A stretch of 64,000 nucleotides of DNA from Takakia lepidozioides (GCA_030704615.1 CM060731.1:85498001-85562000), one strand, 5' to 3'; shown: positions 11,001 through 24,325, numbered from the stretch's first letter. Notes: generated by a model from the letters alone, not told the origin. Numbers and translations are program-made.

Positions 11001-13378
11001 GACTCTGAAGATGAGTCAGATGAGGAAGAAGAGCAAGAGCTCAAGAGGAAGAGTAAGAAGAAGGAAAAGTTGAAGAGGGAAAACTATGAGAAAAGACTTG
11101 AGGAGATCTCGAAGAAGTATGCCACAGAGGCTGCAACACATTGGAGGAAGGGTGTTTGGTGTGCAAAATGCCAGAATGAAGGCCATACCACAGCTGAATG
11201 CCACATGAAGGAGAAACACTGTACTATTTGTAAAATGGATAACCATACTGAGAATTGTTATTACAACAGAAGGACAGCTGCAAGAGAACCTAGGGTGCAT
11301 CAAGTGCAGCCCCAGCCAAGAAGAAACAATGATCAGGACCACTATGGAAGGCCTGGTGGTTATAACAATGGTATGGCAGGGAGAGGTAATCCAAGAGGAA
11401 ATTACCAAGGCAATCCCAGAGGCAACTATCAGGGTAAACCAAGGGGGAATTACCAGCCAGGGAATCAGGATTATAGAAATAATCCCAGAACAGACCAAGG
11501 GAGAGGACCTAATGGGGAAGAACTGTGTTACTATTGTAACCAGGCAGGACATCGCAAGGCAGCCTGTCCATTCTGGATCAGACACCAAAATGAGATGAGA
11601 GCTCCTGTGAATGAGGGCCCAGTAGTGGCAGCTCACATGGTTAGGCCATGTTTTGTACCAGGAGTAAGTACAATGATAGTTACCAGAAGCAAAGCTAAAC
11701 TAATACCTCCTGTGGAAGAGGAGGAAGATGTTAATGAAGATGGCAGTGATGTGCCTGAAGATGATGAGGCTTGGAGAGATGAGAAGAAATTGCACAAGGA
11801 AGTGGCTGATACCATAAGGGAAATGCAAAAGGATATTGATATCATTATGGCTGATTCTTCTGATTCTGAAAGAGAATATGAAGGAAGTGAGGATGAAGTG
11901 AAGCAAGAGGCTTCACGAGTGCAAGGTAATGAAGGGACTTTGGCTGAAGTAATATGCCAGACCAAAGCTGAGATTACTATTGGACAGCTATTGGCTGTGG
12001 CACCTCATTGTAGGCACAGGCTGTATCAAGCAATCAATCAGATTGCTCATGTGACAGAGAACACAAACTTGAACAACAAGGTGACAAGTTATAATGTGAA
12101 GCCTGAAGGGCGAGAAATAGTCATGGACTTTGATGATTCTATGCCAGTAATCCAATTGAGAATTGGAAGCACAGACTTGACTGATGTACTGATAGATGGA
12201 GGCTCAGGAGTGAATATCATGACAGACCAATTAAGGTAGAAGCTTGGTCTGAGTAGTATGAAACCAGCCCCATTCACAGTAACAATGGCAGATCAAAGGA
12301 GTGTACAACCTTTAGGTTTGATAAGAGGAGTAAAGATACAGATCCAAGAGATGATTTTAAAGATCACAGTGACTATGTTGAAAATGGATGATGTTATGGA
12401 AGCTTACTCCTTATTGCTGGGATGACTATGGCTGAAACAGGCCAGGGTATTCCATGACTGCTACCAGAAGACCTCATGGAATCAGAGAGTATGACTGGAG
12501 GGGAGGACTTGATGAGGAGCAGGAAGCTACCCTGTTTGTTGCGCACCCAGAGTGGGAGCAGGTTGGAGAAATGCAACTGGGAGGCCTGAGTTGTTTTAAA
12601 GGTATTTGTTGTGGTGCAGTAACAACAACACCAATTGAGGGGGAAACAAGTAGTTACCCACCACATTTCTATGAGGAAAGAGAGGGAGAAATGGAAATCC
12701 TAGAAGAACCAGCTACTGTGAGCTTACAGGATGAAGTAGTGGCTGGATGGACAATCACAGCTGAAGAGCACGTGGGAGACGTGAATGTGGGAACTGAGGA
12801 GGAACCAAGAATGGTGAAAGTAGGGGCTGACTTGGAGCACAAATTCTTTGAGGAAGCTAAGAGCCTGTTTATTAAATACAAAGATGTATTTGCTTGGACC
12901 TATGAGGATCTGAAAGGGATACCACCTGAGATCTGCCAGCATAAGATTGAACTGGAACTAGGGTCGGTACCAATCAAATAGGCTAGGTATAGAATGAATC
13001 ATAACTATGCACATAAGGTTGGGGAAGAGATCAAGAAGTTGGCTGAGGCTAAGTTCATATACCCGATAGAGTATACAACTTGGTTGTCACCCATTGTGAT
13101 ATTTCCCAAAAAGAATGGCAAACTGAGAGTTTGTGTGAACTATAAGAAGTTGAATGCATGTACAAAGAAAGATCCTTTTCCTTTACCATTCACAGAAGTT
13201 GTACTGGACACTGTGGTAGGCCATGAGATGTACTCATTCATGGGTGGCTTCAGTGGGTATAACCAAGTGCAAGTGGCGGAAGAAGACCAGCGAAAGACAG
13301 CTTTTATCACAGACTAGGGTGCTTATGCATACAAAGTCATGTTTTTTGGACTTTGTAATGCACCAGCAACTTTCAGAC
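8082..13378 (+). mobile_element. 3'-truncated Ty3/gypsy retrotransposon: putative 5' LTR about 8082-8695, extra 5' ORF, gag, protease and RT N-terminus
   Basis: Retrotransposon gag motif (FPIYAGKGDPDVHISQFE...EWY...TW..L...F..RF), three CCHC-type knuckles, protease VLIDGGSGVNIM, RT WLSPIVIFPKKNGKLRVC...FSGYNQV...KTAF...GLCNAPATF. Many stops. LTR limits are tentative (TGTTAC start; CA-TGG at about 8694-8698). Confidence 0.85.
8213..8390. repeat. Tandem repeat of about 10 bp (CACAGCYTGW-like) inside the putative LTR
   Basis: acacagcttg acacagcttg tcacagtctg acacagcctt... repeated more than 12 times with variation. Confidence 0.85.
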
Positions 13379-13400
13379 GGGTGCAGATCACGACTGCAAG

Positions 13401-13760
13401 ATGGAATCGGCTAGAATTTTGCAGGCTCGGGTGACTCGTATCACCGAAGTCCCTGCCCCGGGGTATGGACGGATTTACACAGTGCTGTCTATTGGCTCAG
13501 TTCTTCATGGCAAAGAATATCATGTTACCGTGGGGAATTTCCCTACGTGCACTTGTCCGGATTTTGTAACGATGCGTGAGGGTGCTCTCGGCATGAGAGG
13601 GAAGTGGGTCTCTGCAAGCGTCAATATTACATATACCTTGTAATTATGTGCTGCGACGGTAAGAGAGACCAATTCATTCACCAAGCCACACTAGGCTACG
13701 GAGAAGTCATCACCCTTCTGCAGCGGGACACCTCACGTAGGGCTCCGCCAGATTCTCTTT
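13401..13760 (+). pseudogene. SWIM zinc-finger fragment, probably derived from a MULE or other transposon
   Basis: YHVTVGNFPTCTCPDF...KWVSCKR-type CxC...CxH remnant with a frameshift. Confidence 0.65.
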
Positions 13761-14184
13761 GAACACATACGAGCCATGCCCGCTTCCCATGCTGGTTTCC
13801 AGGTTATCGTGTGAAGACTTTGCATTTAGGACAAACACATACATTTCGTTCACGGAACCAGGGCCAATGCACATGCCATTCATTGTAAGCGTCTATCTGT
13901 GAATTGAAATAAAGTGTGTCAATCATTCTGAGCTCAAATCTGCCATATTTTCATATTCCTCTTTTTGTGCAGGCATTGCAGACATGGTGCATGGTGGCCC
14001 CCTTTGTTTTGTCCACGGTAATAGGTCCTCTTCCTGCAATCCTCGCCTATAGGACCTGCTTCTCCAGCAGATTTGTGCCACTCATGCTTCCCTGAAGCGT
14101 GAGCTCAGCTCACGCTTTGCAGCTACAACGTGAGCTCAACTCCCAGGCTCACGGGGCTGGGCTCATGCCGTAGCTACGCTGTGG

Positions 14185-15740
14185 AACAGATTCTCTACCT
14201 CAAACCCACCACCTAGCCAGCTCACGCCAACTAGGCAAGACTTTGCTACAGAAGTTTGCTAGCTCGTGGACCGCTATCTGATCGATTACCCCCACCCCCC
14301 CACCCCCCCCAAAAAAAAAAACCTCGCTTGCTCCTCAAGCTAACACAAACCCAGTCTCATACTACCCTCCCACCGGACATCCTAGCACTTCTTATAGACT
14401 CTTTCCAAATCACGCACTCTTATTACTCAGGCCCACTTACATGCCCTATGACACTCTCATCATACTCAAGCTCGCACCCCCGCGACTGCATATTTGGAGC
14501 CATTGGCTTTGCCTCCCAACATACCTGGACTGGCCGCGGCTTTGCACACCCGCCCCAAGGATCTCCCACGCATGACGCGTTACAATGGGCTCGCCTTGCG
14601 GCCCAATCCTCCCCCTCTGCTGCCACCATCCTGCTTCTGACATACCAACAACTGCCAATGACCCGCACCCCCTCCTCCAGCTTCCCCCCGAGGTTACGCC
14701 CTTAGCCGCAATTGACGTTTGGGGAGGGGGGATAGGGAATGTGGTGGCCTTCATGCCATGTGTATCTATTAAAAGGTGTTTGAGGCGGGATGGGAAGTCG
14801 GCGGGTATAAGGGTGTCTGCAGTGGTGCGGTGGACAAGCAGTATGAGGGTTAGGGTGGGTTCTCGATGTTTAAGGTATTTGGGGGGGGGGGCGATAATAT
14901 TGGATCTGTTCTGCCCCTCGCCTCTATCCTAACATAAACAGCTCTAAAACATGGTCTCGTATGTCAGCCGTCCACCAGTCCCCCCTATCATACCTGTCCA
15001 CACCAAACCCCCGTTATCCCAGAAGGATCTTCCTCTCAGATACCCACCAATACATGGGCCACCAACATAAACACATCTTCTGGCCCCGCCTCTTTCCCTC
15101 CCCAAACTGTCCACTCTGTGCTAGCACCCACTCGACCCCCGACACTTGGCCCCACCTACTCAGCCAATGCACACACCCCGTCATCCATGGCCTTCGTATC
15201 ACTCGACATAACCATGTTGTCTGGCACATCCATAAGCTACTCCTACGCCGCCCTAAAACACGCTGGTTTTCACTCATCAATACCGGGACCTACCAGGGCA
15301 GGCTTCCTGACCACACGGTACCCCAATGGCTCCTGCCATGTACATGCCGGCAACCCTCACTCTGCACTTGCCCCGCCAGACTCTGTCCAGACATACTTCT
15401 AATCCACGGACTACCCATAAACGCACCACCGCCCAGCTCCCCATCCCCAAACCTTACCATACACTTTATTGAATTCACATATTGTAATGATCGCTACCCC
15501 GGCTTTTCCACAAAAAACACCAAAAATACGCTCCACTCATTCTAGCCATTCGTCACCGTGGGTGGTCTACAGGCCCCTCATGGTCATTACTGCCGGTACC
15601 AGAGGCGGCATCCACAATGCTAGTATTTATGCTCTTCATAATAACCTCAAAATACCTATCTCTCCTATACACAAATGCATCAAAGCTATCCACCTGACTG
15701 CGTTGCACCCCCTCAGTGCTATTATCACCAACAAGAAGGA
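14185..15740 (+). mobile_element. Rearranged fragment of an RLE-type (RandI/Dualen-like) non-LTR retrotransposon
   Basis: CPLC...DTWPHLLSQC...RHNHVV, PDILL...FIEFTY (restriction-like endonuclease). Upstream PCIF1-like MTase segment at 14370-14640. Same family as 28055-30914 and 62023-62760. Confidence 0.8.
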
Positions 15741-17056
15741 TTCTTCCTGATGTTTACAAGGTTCGTACTACATCGGCCTAATGCCAGCGGGGGTGGAGCG
15801 GCGCTCCGCCCTCCCACCATGATCTTGTCTACGTCTTAGCAAGGCTTTAGTTATGACTATCTTTTAGGGTTCCGCCAAATCCCTAATCTCCTCGTCTTCC
15901 TAAGCTCTCCAGATTAGCAGTCCTATACTTAACCATTGTAGCCGCCATGGCCTCTGCTACCTCTCTATGTGCTCTCACGCGTTGCTCTCACCGCCTCACC
16001 CCTTTCTCTAGCAATGTCTTCTACTGCTTTGCCATAGCGCTTCTTTTGAGCTCCTCCTTGGCGTTTTCAGACTGGATTACGCCAGCAAACAATCTCCAGC
16101 ACCATCGACCTCCGCCGCCATAGCTCTACCCCCTGGCTTCCTCCCTACGATAAGGACCCGCTGCGCGAATGGGTACTCTTCCACACCCCCCCCCCCCCCC
16201 CTCCTTGTATTATGAAAGGAGCTATGCTACGATATGAACCAACTCAACCCTTCATCTCCCTCATGGAATTTCTTGGGCAACAGAATATACTTCCCCAAAC
16301 ATTGTCAACAGTGCAAGATCAGAATCACTCTGTTCCGCTCTGGTGGCCTCAATCGAGCGGCATGCACACTTTGGAAGACAACTTTATTTCTATTTGCAAC
16401 GCGTCTTCCCTCAGGGTGGTTTACATAGCCCCCGCAGGACTGGAGTTCTCTACATCAGTTTTCTTTTGCAAGTTGCAAACACCACACATCACAATACGTC
16501 GTCACCAACAGGAGTGATTTCACCAACCTGCTATCGTCATCCACTCCAAGCTGCTACCTAAATACTGTTCCTAGCGGAAAAGGGCGGAGCTACCTTCCAA
16601 GGCAAAGTATAAGGTCTCTCTAACCAGGCCAACAGATCTCTGTTTACAGCCTAGTTACTCTCAGGATGATCGCAAGCTGTTGCACAAGGCGCCAACCCCC
16701 TCTCAGAGGCACAGACGAGATCACTACTTCTATCTCCCAAATGCCGAACTGGAGCCTTCTACACGTCGTACACCCAACCGACACTACATTGCGTCAGAGG
16801 CTCTTCACTGCTGCATCCCTACTCTGCCCCCGTTGGCACCTCACCCGGGGTCTTCACTCAACCATCTCTGTCTATATATCTGTTTCCCACATTTGATCGC
16901 ACATTACCAGGTACCATCGTTGCAACATCTATGCCTATTCACTTATGCTCCTCTCAGGTACCATGTCTTCCCATCCTCTCAATTCACTACTCTGTCCCAA
17001 TTCTGCCTCCCTCAGCATGCCAGGTGCGCAAAGGCATGGGCAGGTCATTTCCCAGC

Positions 17057-17312
17057 TTCCAGATCATCAGAGCCGGATTTGAATCAGGTGATAGAGTGAG
17101 GGCTGCCCTTGCCAAGGGGTTACAGGGGCCCGTTCACAAAAACCATCACATGGCTGCCAGTGCTCATGCGACTGGCTCCACCGAACCATGCAGATAGAGC
17201 TATATCCGAATACCAATGCTTCTCAGATCGCCGCGACCCTTTTGAGGACATGCCAGATCTAAAAGAGCTCAATATGTTGCCACACGAATGGTGGGATCTG
17301 ATTGGAGCTTTA
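17057..17312 (+). mobile_element. hAT-like transposase fragment just upstream of the dimerisation domain
   Basis: KGLQGPVH...VLMRLAP...EYQCFSDRRDPFEDMPDLKELNMLPHEWWDLIGA; P..WW is typical of the hAT C-terminal domain start. Confidence 0.55.
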
Positions 17313-17844
17313 GGAGTATAACTTGTCAGATCCTCTTCAAATTCGGTCAAAGAGGTTTTTAACAACGGAAGAAAATAGCCCATCTCCAGTCCTTCTCTGA
17401 AACATTGGACTTGCTTTTCGCATAACCAATTCTCCCACTGAAGTCTCCCACTAGGAGGAGCCTTACTCAATCGTTGTTGACATACTTTTCAATTTGCCAG
17501 TCCTGAAGTTTTTTTCTCTGAGGTTTTCCTCCATTTTCCCTCTAAGCTCTACGACTTTTCTGCACCAAATTTTCATTTCATTTCATTTTCATACTTCTCA
17601 TCTTTGGTCCTGGTTGAAGAGGGAATTTCACATGTCATTTTCCGTTTTTCAAATTTTAAGCAATTTTCATTTCTCTTTGTTTTTATTTGGTGGTCTGACT
17701 TTTTATCCTCTCTCTTGTTTTCTTCAGATCCATTTTCTCCCATGAGATCCAGGCGCTTCCCAAAAGTCGTTATATAACGCCATTTTCTTTCCAAATCTCA
17801 TAGTGTGTACTTTTATTTTTTATTTTTTTTGGCAATTTAGGATT

Positions 17845-19560
17845 TAGGATTGACATACCTATTTTATAGTACCTTGCTTTTTATGTTAGCATTACCCCTA
17901 ACCCTTACTATTTTCTGCAAATGGCCCATGAACTATTCATACCATAACCATAGCCATAACCATAACCATTATGGTTATTGAAATGTCTTCTCCCTTCACA
18001 TTTGCGCTAGCTTTTTCCTTTGTTTTGGATTGACATGCATTTAGACATGTTACAGTTTGCTTTCTATGTTACATCTTAATACTAGGTCCAGGTTCCAACG
18101 ACGAGTCTTTCATTTAAATACTTGTCCATAATATTAGGTTATTCATTTTTTTTTTTTGTTTACTAGTACCCTACTAACAACACTAAGTTCTAGCGAAGTC
18201 TGGAGTTTTCCATAAGTGTTTGTCTATTTTGTAACTTAAACAAAAACTCTAAACCCTTACCATAAACCCTTACTAGAAAACCCTAAACATTTACCCTTAA
18301 CCCAATACCCCAAAACCCTTTCCCTTCCCTTTGCAAATGGGAATCAACTTTCCATACCATAACCATAACCATTTTGGTTATCCAAATCTCTTCAATGTAT
18401 CCAAATTTCCATTTTGTACCCTACTAACACACACTAAGTTGTAGCGAGTGCGAGTCTTCCGGCATGTATGCTCACCATTTCTGCCTTCAACCCAAGCCCT
18501 AAACCCTCGTCAAAAACCCTAAGCAAAACCCTACACCATTGTTACCTCTAAACCCTTACCCTTCCCCTGCAACTGGGAATGAAGTATCCATACCATAACC
18601 ATAACTATTTATGGTTATTCAAATCTCTTCGCCCTTCACCTTGTGCAAGGTTTTGCCTTTGGTTTGGATTGACATGCACTTACCTTTTTTAATCGAACTT
18701 TGCTTTCTATGTATCTTAATACCAGGTTCCAAGGACGAGTCTTTCATTTAAATACTTGTCCGATGCAATGACTACACTTCCATAATATTAGGTTCTTCAT
18801 TTTTATTTTGTTTAGTACTACAGGCTTACTAACAACACTAAGTTGTAGCGAGTGCGAGTCTTCCGGCATGTATGCTCACCATTTCTGCCTTTAACCCAAA
18901 CCCTAAACCCTCGTCGGGAACCCTAAACAAAACCCTACGCCATTGTTACGTCTAAACCCTTACCCTTCCCCTGCAAATGGGAATGAAGTATCTATACCAT
19001 AACCATATGTATCTTAATACTAGGTTCCAAGGACGAATCCTCAATCTAAATACTTCTCCGGCCCAATGACTCTTCCATAATATTTGTTTCTCCATTTTTT
19101 TATTTTTTTATTTTATCCTACTAACACACACCAAGTTCTATCGACTGTGAGTCTTCCATATTTGTTTGTCCAATATTGTTCTTAAACCCAAACCGAAAAC
19201 CCTACCTTTACCATCACCCCTAAACCATTAATCTTACCATAAATCAATAACTTTAGTGTACTACCCTAGTTATACTCCAAACCTTGTTGTACTACCATGT
19301 TACCTCTTCTCAATATTTCATGCTCTTTTAATATTTTCTTTTGTTGGATAAGGTATGATAGAATGATTACAGGGATATCAAATTCATCAACCATTTCTTA
19401 ATTCTACCGAGTGTGAGTCCATCATATTTGTTTGTCCTTTTGTACCCTAAATCCAAACCCTAAACCCTTACCCTTACTGTAAACCCAAACCTTATTACAC
19501 TTCTCTCTAGTTACACCCCAAACCTTATTGTACTACCCTAGTACCTCTTTTGAATGTTTC
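17845..19560. repeat. AT-rich composite tandem repeat (units of about 250-420 bp) with AAACCCT and ACCATA motifs
   Basis: Recurring blocks CTACTAACA(C)ACACTAAGTT.TAGCGA at about 18170, 18421, 18826 and 19118, plus GGATTGACATGCA, ACCATAACCATAAC and AAACCCTAAACCCT. Confidence 0.85.
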
Positions 19561-20004
19561 ATGCTATTCTAATATTTTATTGCCCTTGTCACATCCAAAA
19601 CATGATTCATTCCATTGGCGTGGTATGTGAACATTGTGCTTCATATGAAGATTCAATCAATAAAATTACTAGCAAGTTGTATCGAGTATGGTAGAGTTTG
19701 AGTTTGGCCATGTTCGATGCGACCCATTTGTTTATCGTGATCCTGCAATGGAATATTACTTTATTCGATTTCCAAGTGGACATTCAATGAATTGTTCAAT
19801 ACTGCTACTTCACACATTGAGCACTTCAATGTCAAATGGACCTCTTATATGACACATTTTAAAACAAGTATGACATCACCTGAAATTTCACAAAGTTCAA
19901 TCACACATTACACCATGATATTATTAATATTTCAATTTTAATACAAATATATATTAAGTTTAGTCCGGATTTAAGCCAAAAGTCCAGAATTAATTAAAAT
20001 AGTG

Positions 20005-21555
20005 TTCAATAAAAAATGCCCAAAAAAAAAAGTCGCTCACTATTGCAGAATTATGAATTATGTTCGTTCCCAAATTTGGCACGCACGTTGCATACGGTTA
20101 CATTACACGCCCCATTCAAAAACGAAATGAAAAAAAAATCGTGAGCACGCGAAACACAGTCCAACAGGTCCCAAAGCAATAGCAGATCCAACAGAATACA
20201 TTCAACGGGTGAACGGATGGTTGCCCATCCAAATTATTTTTGTTTGCTTCCAAACTTTGCCAGTACGTTCGAGACACCCTCTCACAGATCCCGGACTAAT
20301 ATGAGATCAATCGAAATTCATTCGATGGCTCAACGGATGGTTGGCCATCGAAATGATTTTGGTTCGCTTTGAGACTTGGCCACTATGTTCAATGTGCCAT
20401 GTAAGAGGCCCTGGAGTAATATGAGATCAATCGAAATTCGTTCAGTGGGCCAATGGATGGTTGCCCATCCAAATGATTTTCTTTCACTTTGAAGCTTGGC
20501 CAGTGTGTTCAATGTACCCTCTGATACGTCCCAGTGTAATACGAGATCAATCGAAATTCGTTCGATTGTCCAATGAGGCGTTCACTTGCCATCTGGTTTT
20601 TGTTCAATGCGAAAAAGAAATCATGCAATGCGTGCACGACTATTGCACCCATTAAACGGATGTGGTTGGAGCCCCTCTTTTGCCCCCATGTGCTGAAACA
20701 TGTGTGGAGACACATTAGACGAATAAATCATTTGCCTCCCCATCGACGCGTTCACCCCTCAAGCCATTCCACAATTCAATTGAATTTAAATTCATTTAAA
20801 GCCAATAAATATGTTTGCACTGCCTTTCATTGGGGGTTTCTGGTACGTCACGATTTTGTTTTTGGCTCAATTTTGTTCTGCGGCTTCAAGCATCCCACCG
20901 CTACTGCCCCGCCAAAATTTGGACTAATAAAAAATGCCCCAAAAAAAAAAGTGTTCTCTTCGCTCACTATTGCAAAACTCTCTATGAAGAATGCATGGAG
21001 TTGAACACAAATCAAGTTTGGAGTGCAAAACAGGGAAGAAACTGTGGTTTTGGGTCCAAATGAATTATGTTCGTTCCCAAATTTGGCATGCACGTTGCAT
21101 ATGGCTACATTACACGCCCCATTAAAAACCGGAATGAAAAAAAAATCGTGAGCAAGCAAAACACAGTCCAACGGGTCCCAAAGTAATAGCAGATCCAACG
21201 AAATACATTCAACGGGTGAACGGATGGTTGCCCATCCAAATTATTTTTGTTTGCTTCCAACCTTTGCCAGTACGTTTGAGACACCTTCTCACAGGTCCCA
21301 GACTAATATGAGATCAATCAAAATTCATTCGATGGCTCAACGGATGGTTGGCCATCGAAATGATTTTGGTTCGCTTTGAGACTTGGCCACTATGTTCAAT
21401 GTGCCATGTAAGAGGCCCTAGAGTAATATGAGATCAATCGAAATTCGTTCAATAGGCCAACGGATGGTTGCCCATCCAAATGATTTTCGTTCGTTGGCCG
21501 GTATGTTCAATGTACCCTCTGATACGTGCCAGTGTAATATGAGATCAATCGAAAT
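20005..21555. repeat. Direct duplication (about 20005-20575 vs 20925-21555) built from subrepeats of about 120 bp containing the hairpin GGATGG-TTGC-CCATCC
   Basis: Near-identical blocks such as GAATTATGTTCGTTCCCAAATTTGGCA at about 20057 and 21062. AATATGAGATCAATCGAAATTC recurs six times. Confidence 0.9.
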
Positions 21556-21947
21556 TATTTTGTGCTTTGAGAACTTTGTAGGTATGTTCGTAGAAAGATC
21601 ATAGATTTTGCGAAATGATTATGAAATACGCAGGGACCAGGCGAAATTTGTTTGGAAGACGACCTTTCGTAACTCGTTATAACTTATTGGTTAAGATCAA
21701 TTTTTCCTTGTTCTCCAACTTTCGGAGTTCATTGCAAATACCCACATACACGTCATGACCAAATATGACACCATTGTAAATTTGTTTACAGGGTGAACTA
21801 CTTCTTCCCCATCACACGAGTGTAAATGTGAAGAAACGCTGCTTATGCAATTGAAATTGGCAGGTGCCGCACATGTGCATTGTGTATTAACAAAATTGGT
21901 GATATACAAAATTGGCGGAATGCCATCACTGTGTTTTCCAACAATAT

Positions 21948-24325
21948 TCAAGGTACAACAAAAATGCATATTGTATATGTACTACGCTGCCAGTCATTAA
22001 AAGCGTCCGAGGATAAGGAATTTGATGTTGTGGCCTGATTTGCACTGCCAATTGCCAGAGCTTGCGACCGTGATCTCGTGATCAATGAGGGGCCCAATGG
22101 CATGTGATCAATTCTGGCTTGCATCCGCCTACTTCGCGGCGAAAGTTGACTTTCTTCTTCACTCTCACGACGTGGCGGAGGTGGATCGAGAACAAATGCT
22201 CGGGCTGCATGCAAATCGGCAACGAGGCCATCCACATCCGGCAATAGAGCCCCCGAAACACAATGATAACGGTCTATCCATAGTCGCCTCCATTTCTCTA
22301 CAACTGCATTGATGGTACTTTTAAAACTTTCCAACTGCCTCTCGCGGGCCCTGTCCTTAATCATTGTGTCGTTTCGATGATAAGCCGCCTCGTACGCCTC
22401 ATTCATTTGACGTTGACATATTATAGCATCTTCCAGTTCGGACAACAACAAATGTCTCCCAATTGGTTGTCGGTCATACAATTCGTTCTCCTCTGGCACC
22501 CATGGAACCTGTGGGAGCCGGATAAACCTGGACATTTTTGAATCCAATGCCCTCCCAGATTGCGGCAAAACTGCTCTCTCTCCCACCAATCTCGAATGCC
22601 TCCCGCACGTATGGTTATCTCCCAGAGATGTGATCTAGAAATACTGGGGATCTTTGATGTATGCAGGGTTTCCGGCATGTATACCATACATCTCTCTGTC
22701 TGCATCCCATACCAAGTTCTTGCCCCAATGCACACAATTCAAAAATGTGAATGGTAGCCCATCCAATGGGAGATTGTGTCGATTGTATTCAAAATCTATG
22801 GGCATCCGTTCCTCCAAGCCCACCAGCTCTTAGAAACGGCGATGGATTGGTGTACGACATTCTGGGCAAGTGCTCATCCGCAAGGCTTGCGGGATAAGAC
22901 ATGTGAGATGGAACATATGTCCACATGATCCAAGCACATGACATCCCTTTGGGCCGTATGGATTCCTACACATCGAACAAACTATGTCATCTGATATCCA
23001 TGACGGCAAAATGCCTCGTGGTATCTCCTCCCTCTTGGCCGGTTTGATGTGGCTGGTCATCCTTGTTGTGGTGTCCCACTCTTCCTCTATTTCCAATTCC
23101 TAGTTAATGCTTCTGTTCGATCCCGAAATTTTATGCTCACATCGATCGAACATAGAATCCACATCTGCCCAATTGGTATATCCGGCGAACACGCTTGATG
23201 CGATGCGGAGATCGTTCTACCTTTGCATGTTGGCATAAATGCTATCCACGCTACGGTTCGACATGCGTGCGACACGTTGCAAGCCTGATAGTGCCCTCTC
23301 TACTCGTGCTTCTCTGGAGGCCAAATGGGTCGCCCATTGTACCCAATTCTCCCAATCGCCATTCAATGGGATCCATGCCCGAATCTCCAGCGTTTTGGAC
23401 AAGCGCCATGCAATTGCCATGACAATGTCCCGCTCCTTTGTCACACGGTCGACATCTAATATCGGGTTCATCTTGGATTGAATGGCGACCCTCGAGCATT
23501 CCCCGGTTTCCAGTACTGGTTCTTTTCATTTCCTCCTTCTCTCATCCGCAATTCGCTGTTCCTCAACTATGGTTTCATCGGCCACAGGGTCAAGGACGTC
23601 CGTAATTTCGTGAATGATGAGGTCAATACTGCGATCGGACATCGCAAACTCCGCGTCCATGTCCACGACGTTTGTTCGATATCCTCATTGTGGACAACAG
23701 TGCCTTCATTGTTTAGAGGCATGTCTTGCAATCTAGCTTCCAACTCGGCTATGCGCAGTGTTTGCCAGTCTAGTCGGTCTTGCACGGTCCTGATTTGCTG
23801 GTCTCTTTCCGCCAGTTGTTCCTCTAACGTTGCAGCAGGTTGTATTCCGAACGTGTCCGGGATGTACTCCAAATCATATAACAACCTTGCGTTCCTCCTA
23901 CTAGCAGTTTGCCAATTCACTGGACGCAAGAGTATGACCTCCACGTACAACATGGCTGCCAAGGTGTACGAGATTTGGCCCTTTTAGAGAGATTGACCCC
24001 ACAATGTGCAATGCACCTCATTCGCCCTATGCTGAAAATGCAAGTTCGTGCAAGACCTGGACTCTGTGTAATTGTTTCAGGTTTGCACGTCATGACTATC
24101 CAAAGGCCGATTGATGTGGTACCATTTCACGAATTTTTTGCATCTCGCCATCGGCCACATGAACTCTTCCGGAACATCCTCCCAGCCCTCTTCTGCTAGT
24201 ATGCTAGGGTCACCATATACTTCTCAATTCAAGTCTTGCCTTGACCCTTTGATTTTCTTAGGGGGCGGTCCATGTTCATTGGGGTCATCTCTTCCATGAC
24301 GGTCATCATCCTGGCCCTCTGCCAT
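21948..24325 (-). pseudogene. Intronless-looking degenerate gene of about 790 codons with a coiled coil and a RING-H2 finger, probably TE cargo
   Basis: Collinear minus-strand ORFs from ATG 24325 (MAEGQDDDRH...PPPKKIK) through ...AMLYVEVILLRPVNW..., the coil TLEEQLAERDQQIRTVQ, RING CSMC...SCGHMFHLTC...CPECR (22830-23096) and 21948-22589. Confidence 0.7.

Noticed and set aside
15770-17050. 5' end or ORF1 of the LINE with a possible HDV-like ribozyme (GC hairpin at about 15790-15815)
   Set aside because: The C-rich composition fits, but I could not trace the nested pseudoknot or any recognisable domain.
18240-19480. True or interstitial telomere
   Set aside because: Only one or two consecutive AAACCCT units at a time, embedded in larger repeat units.
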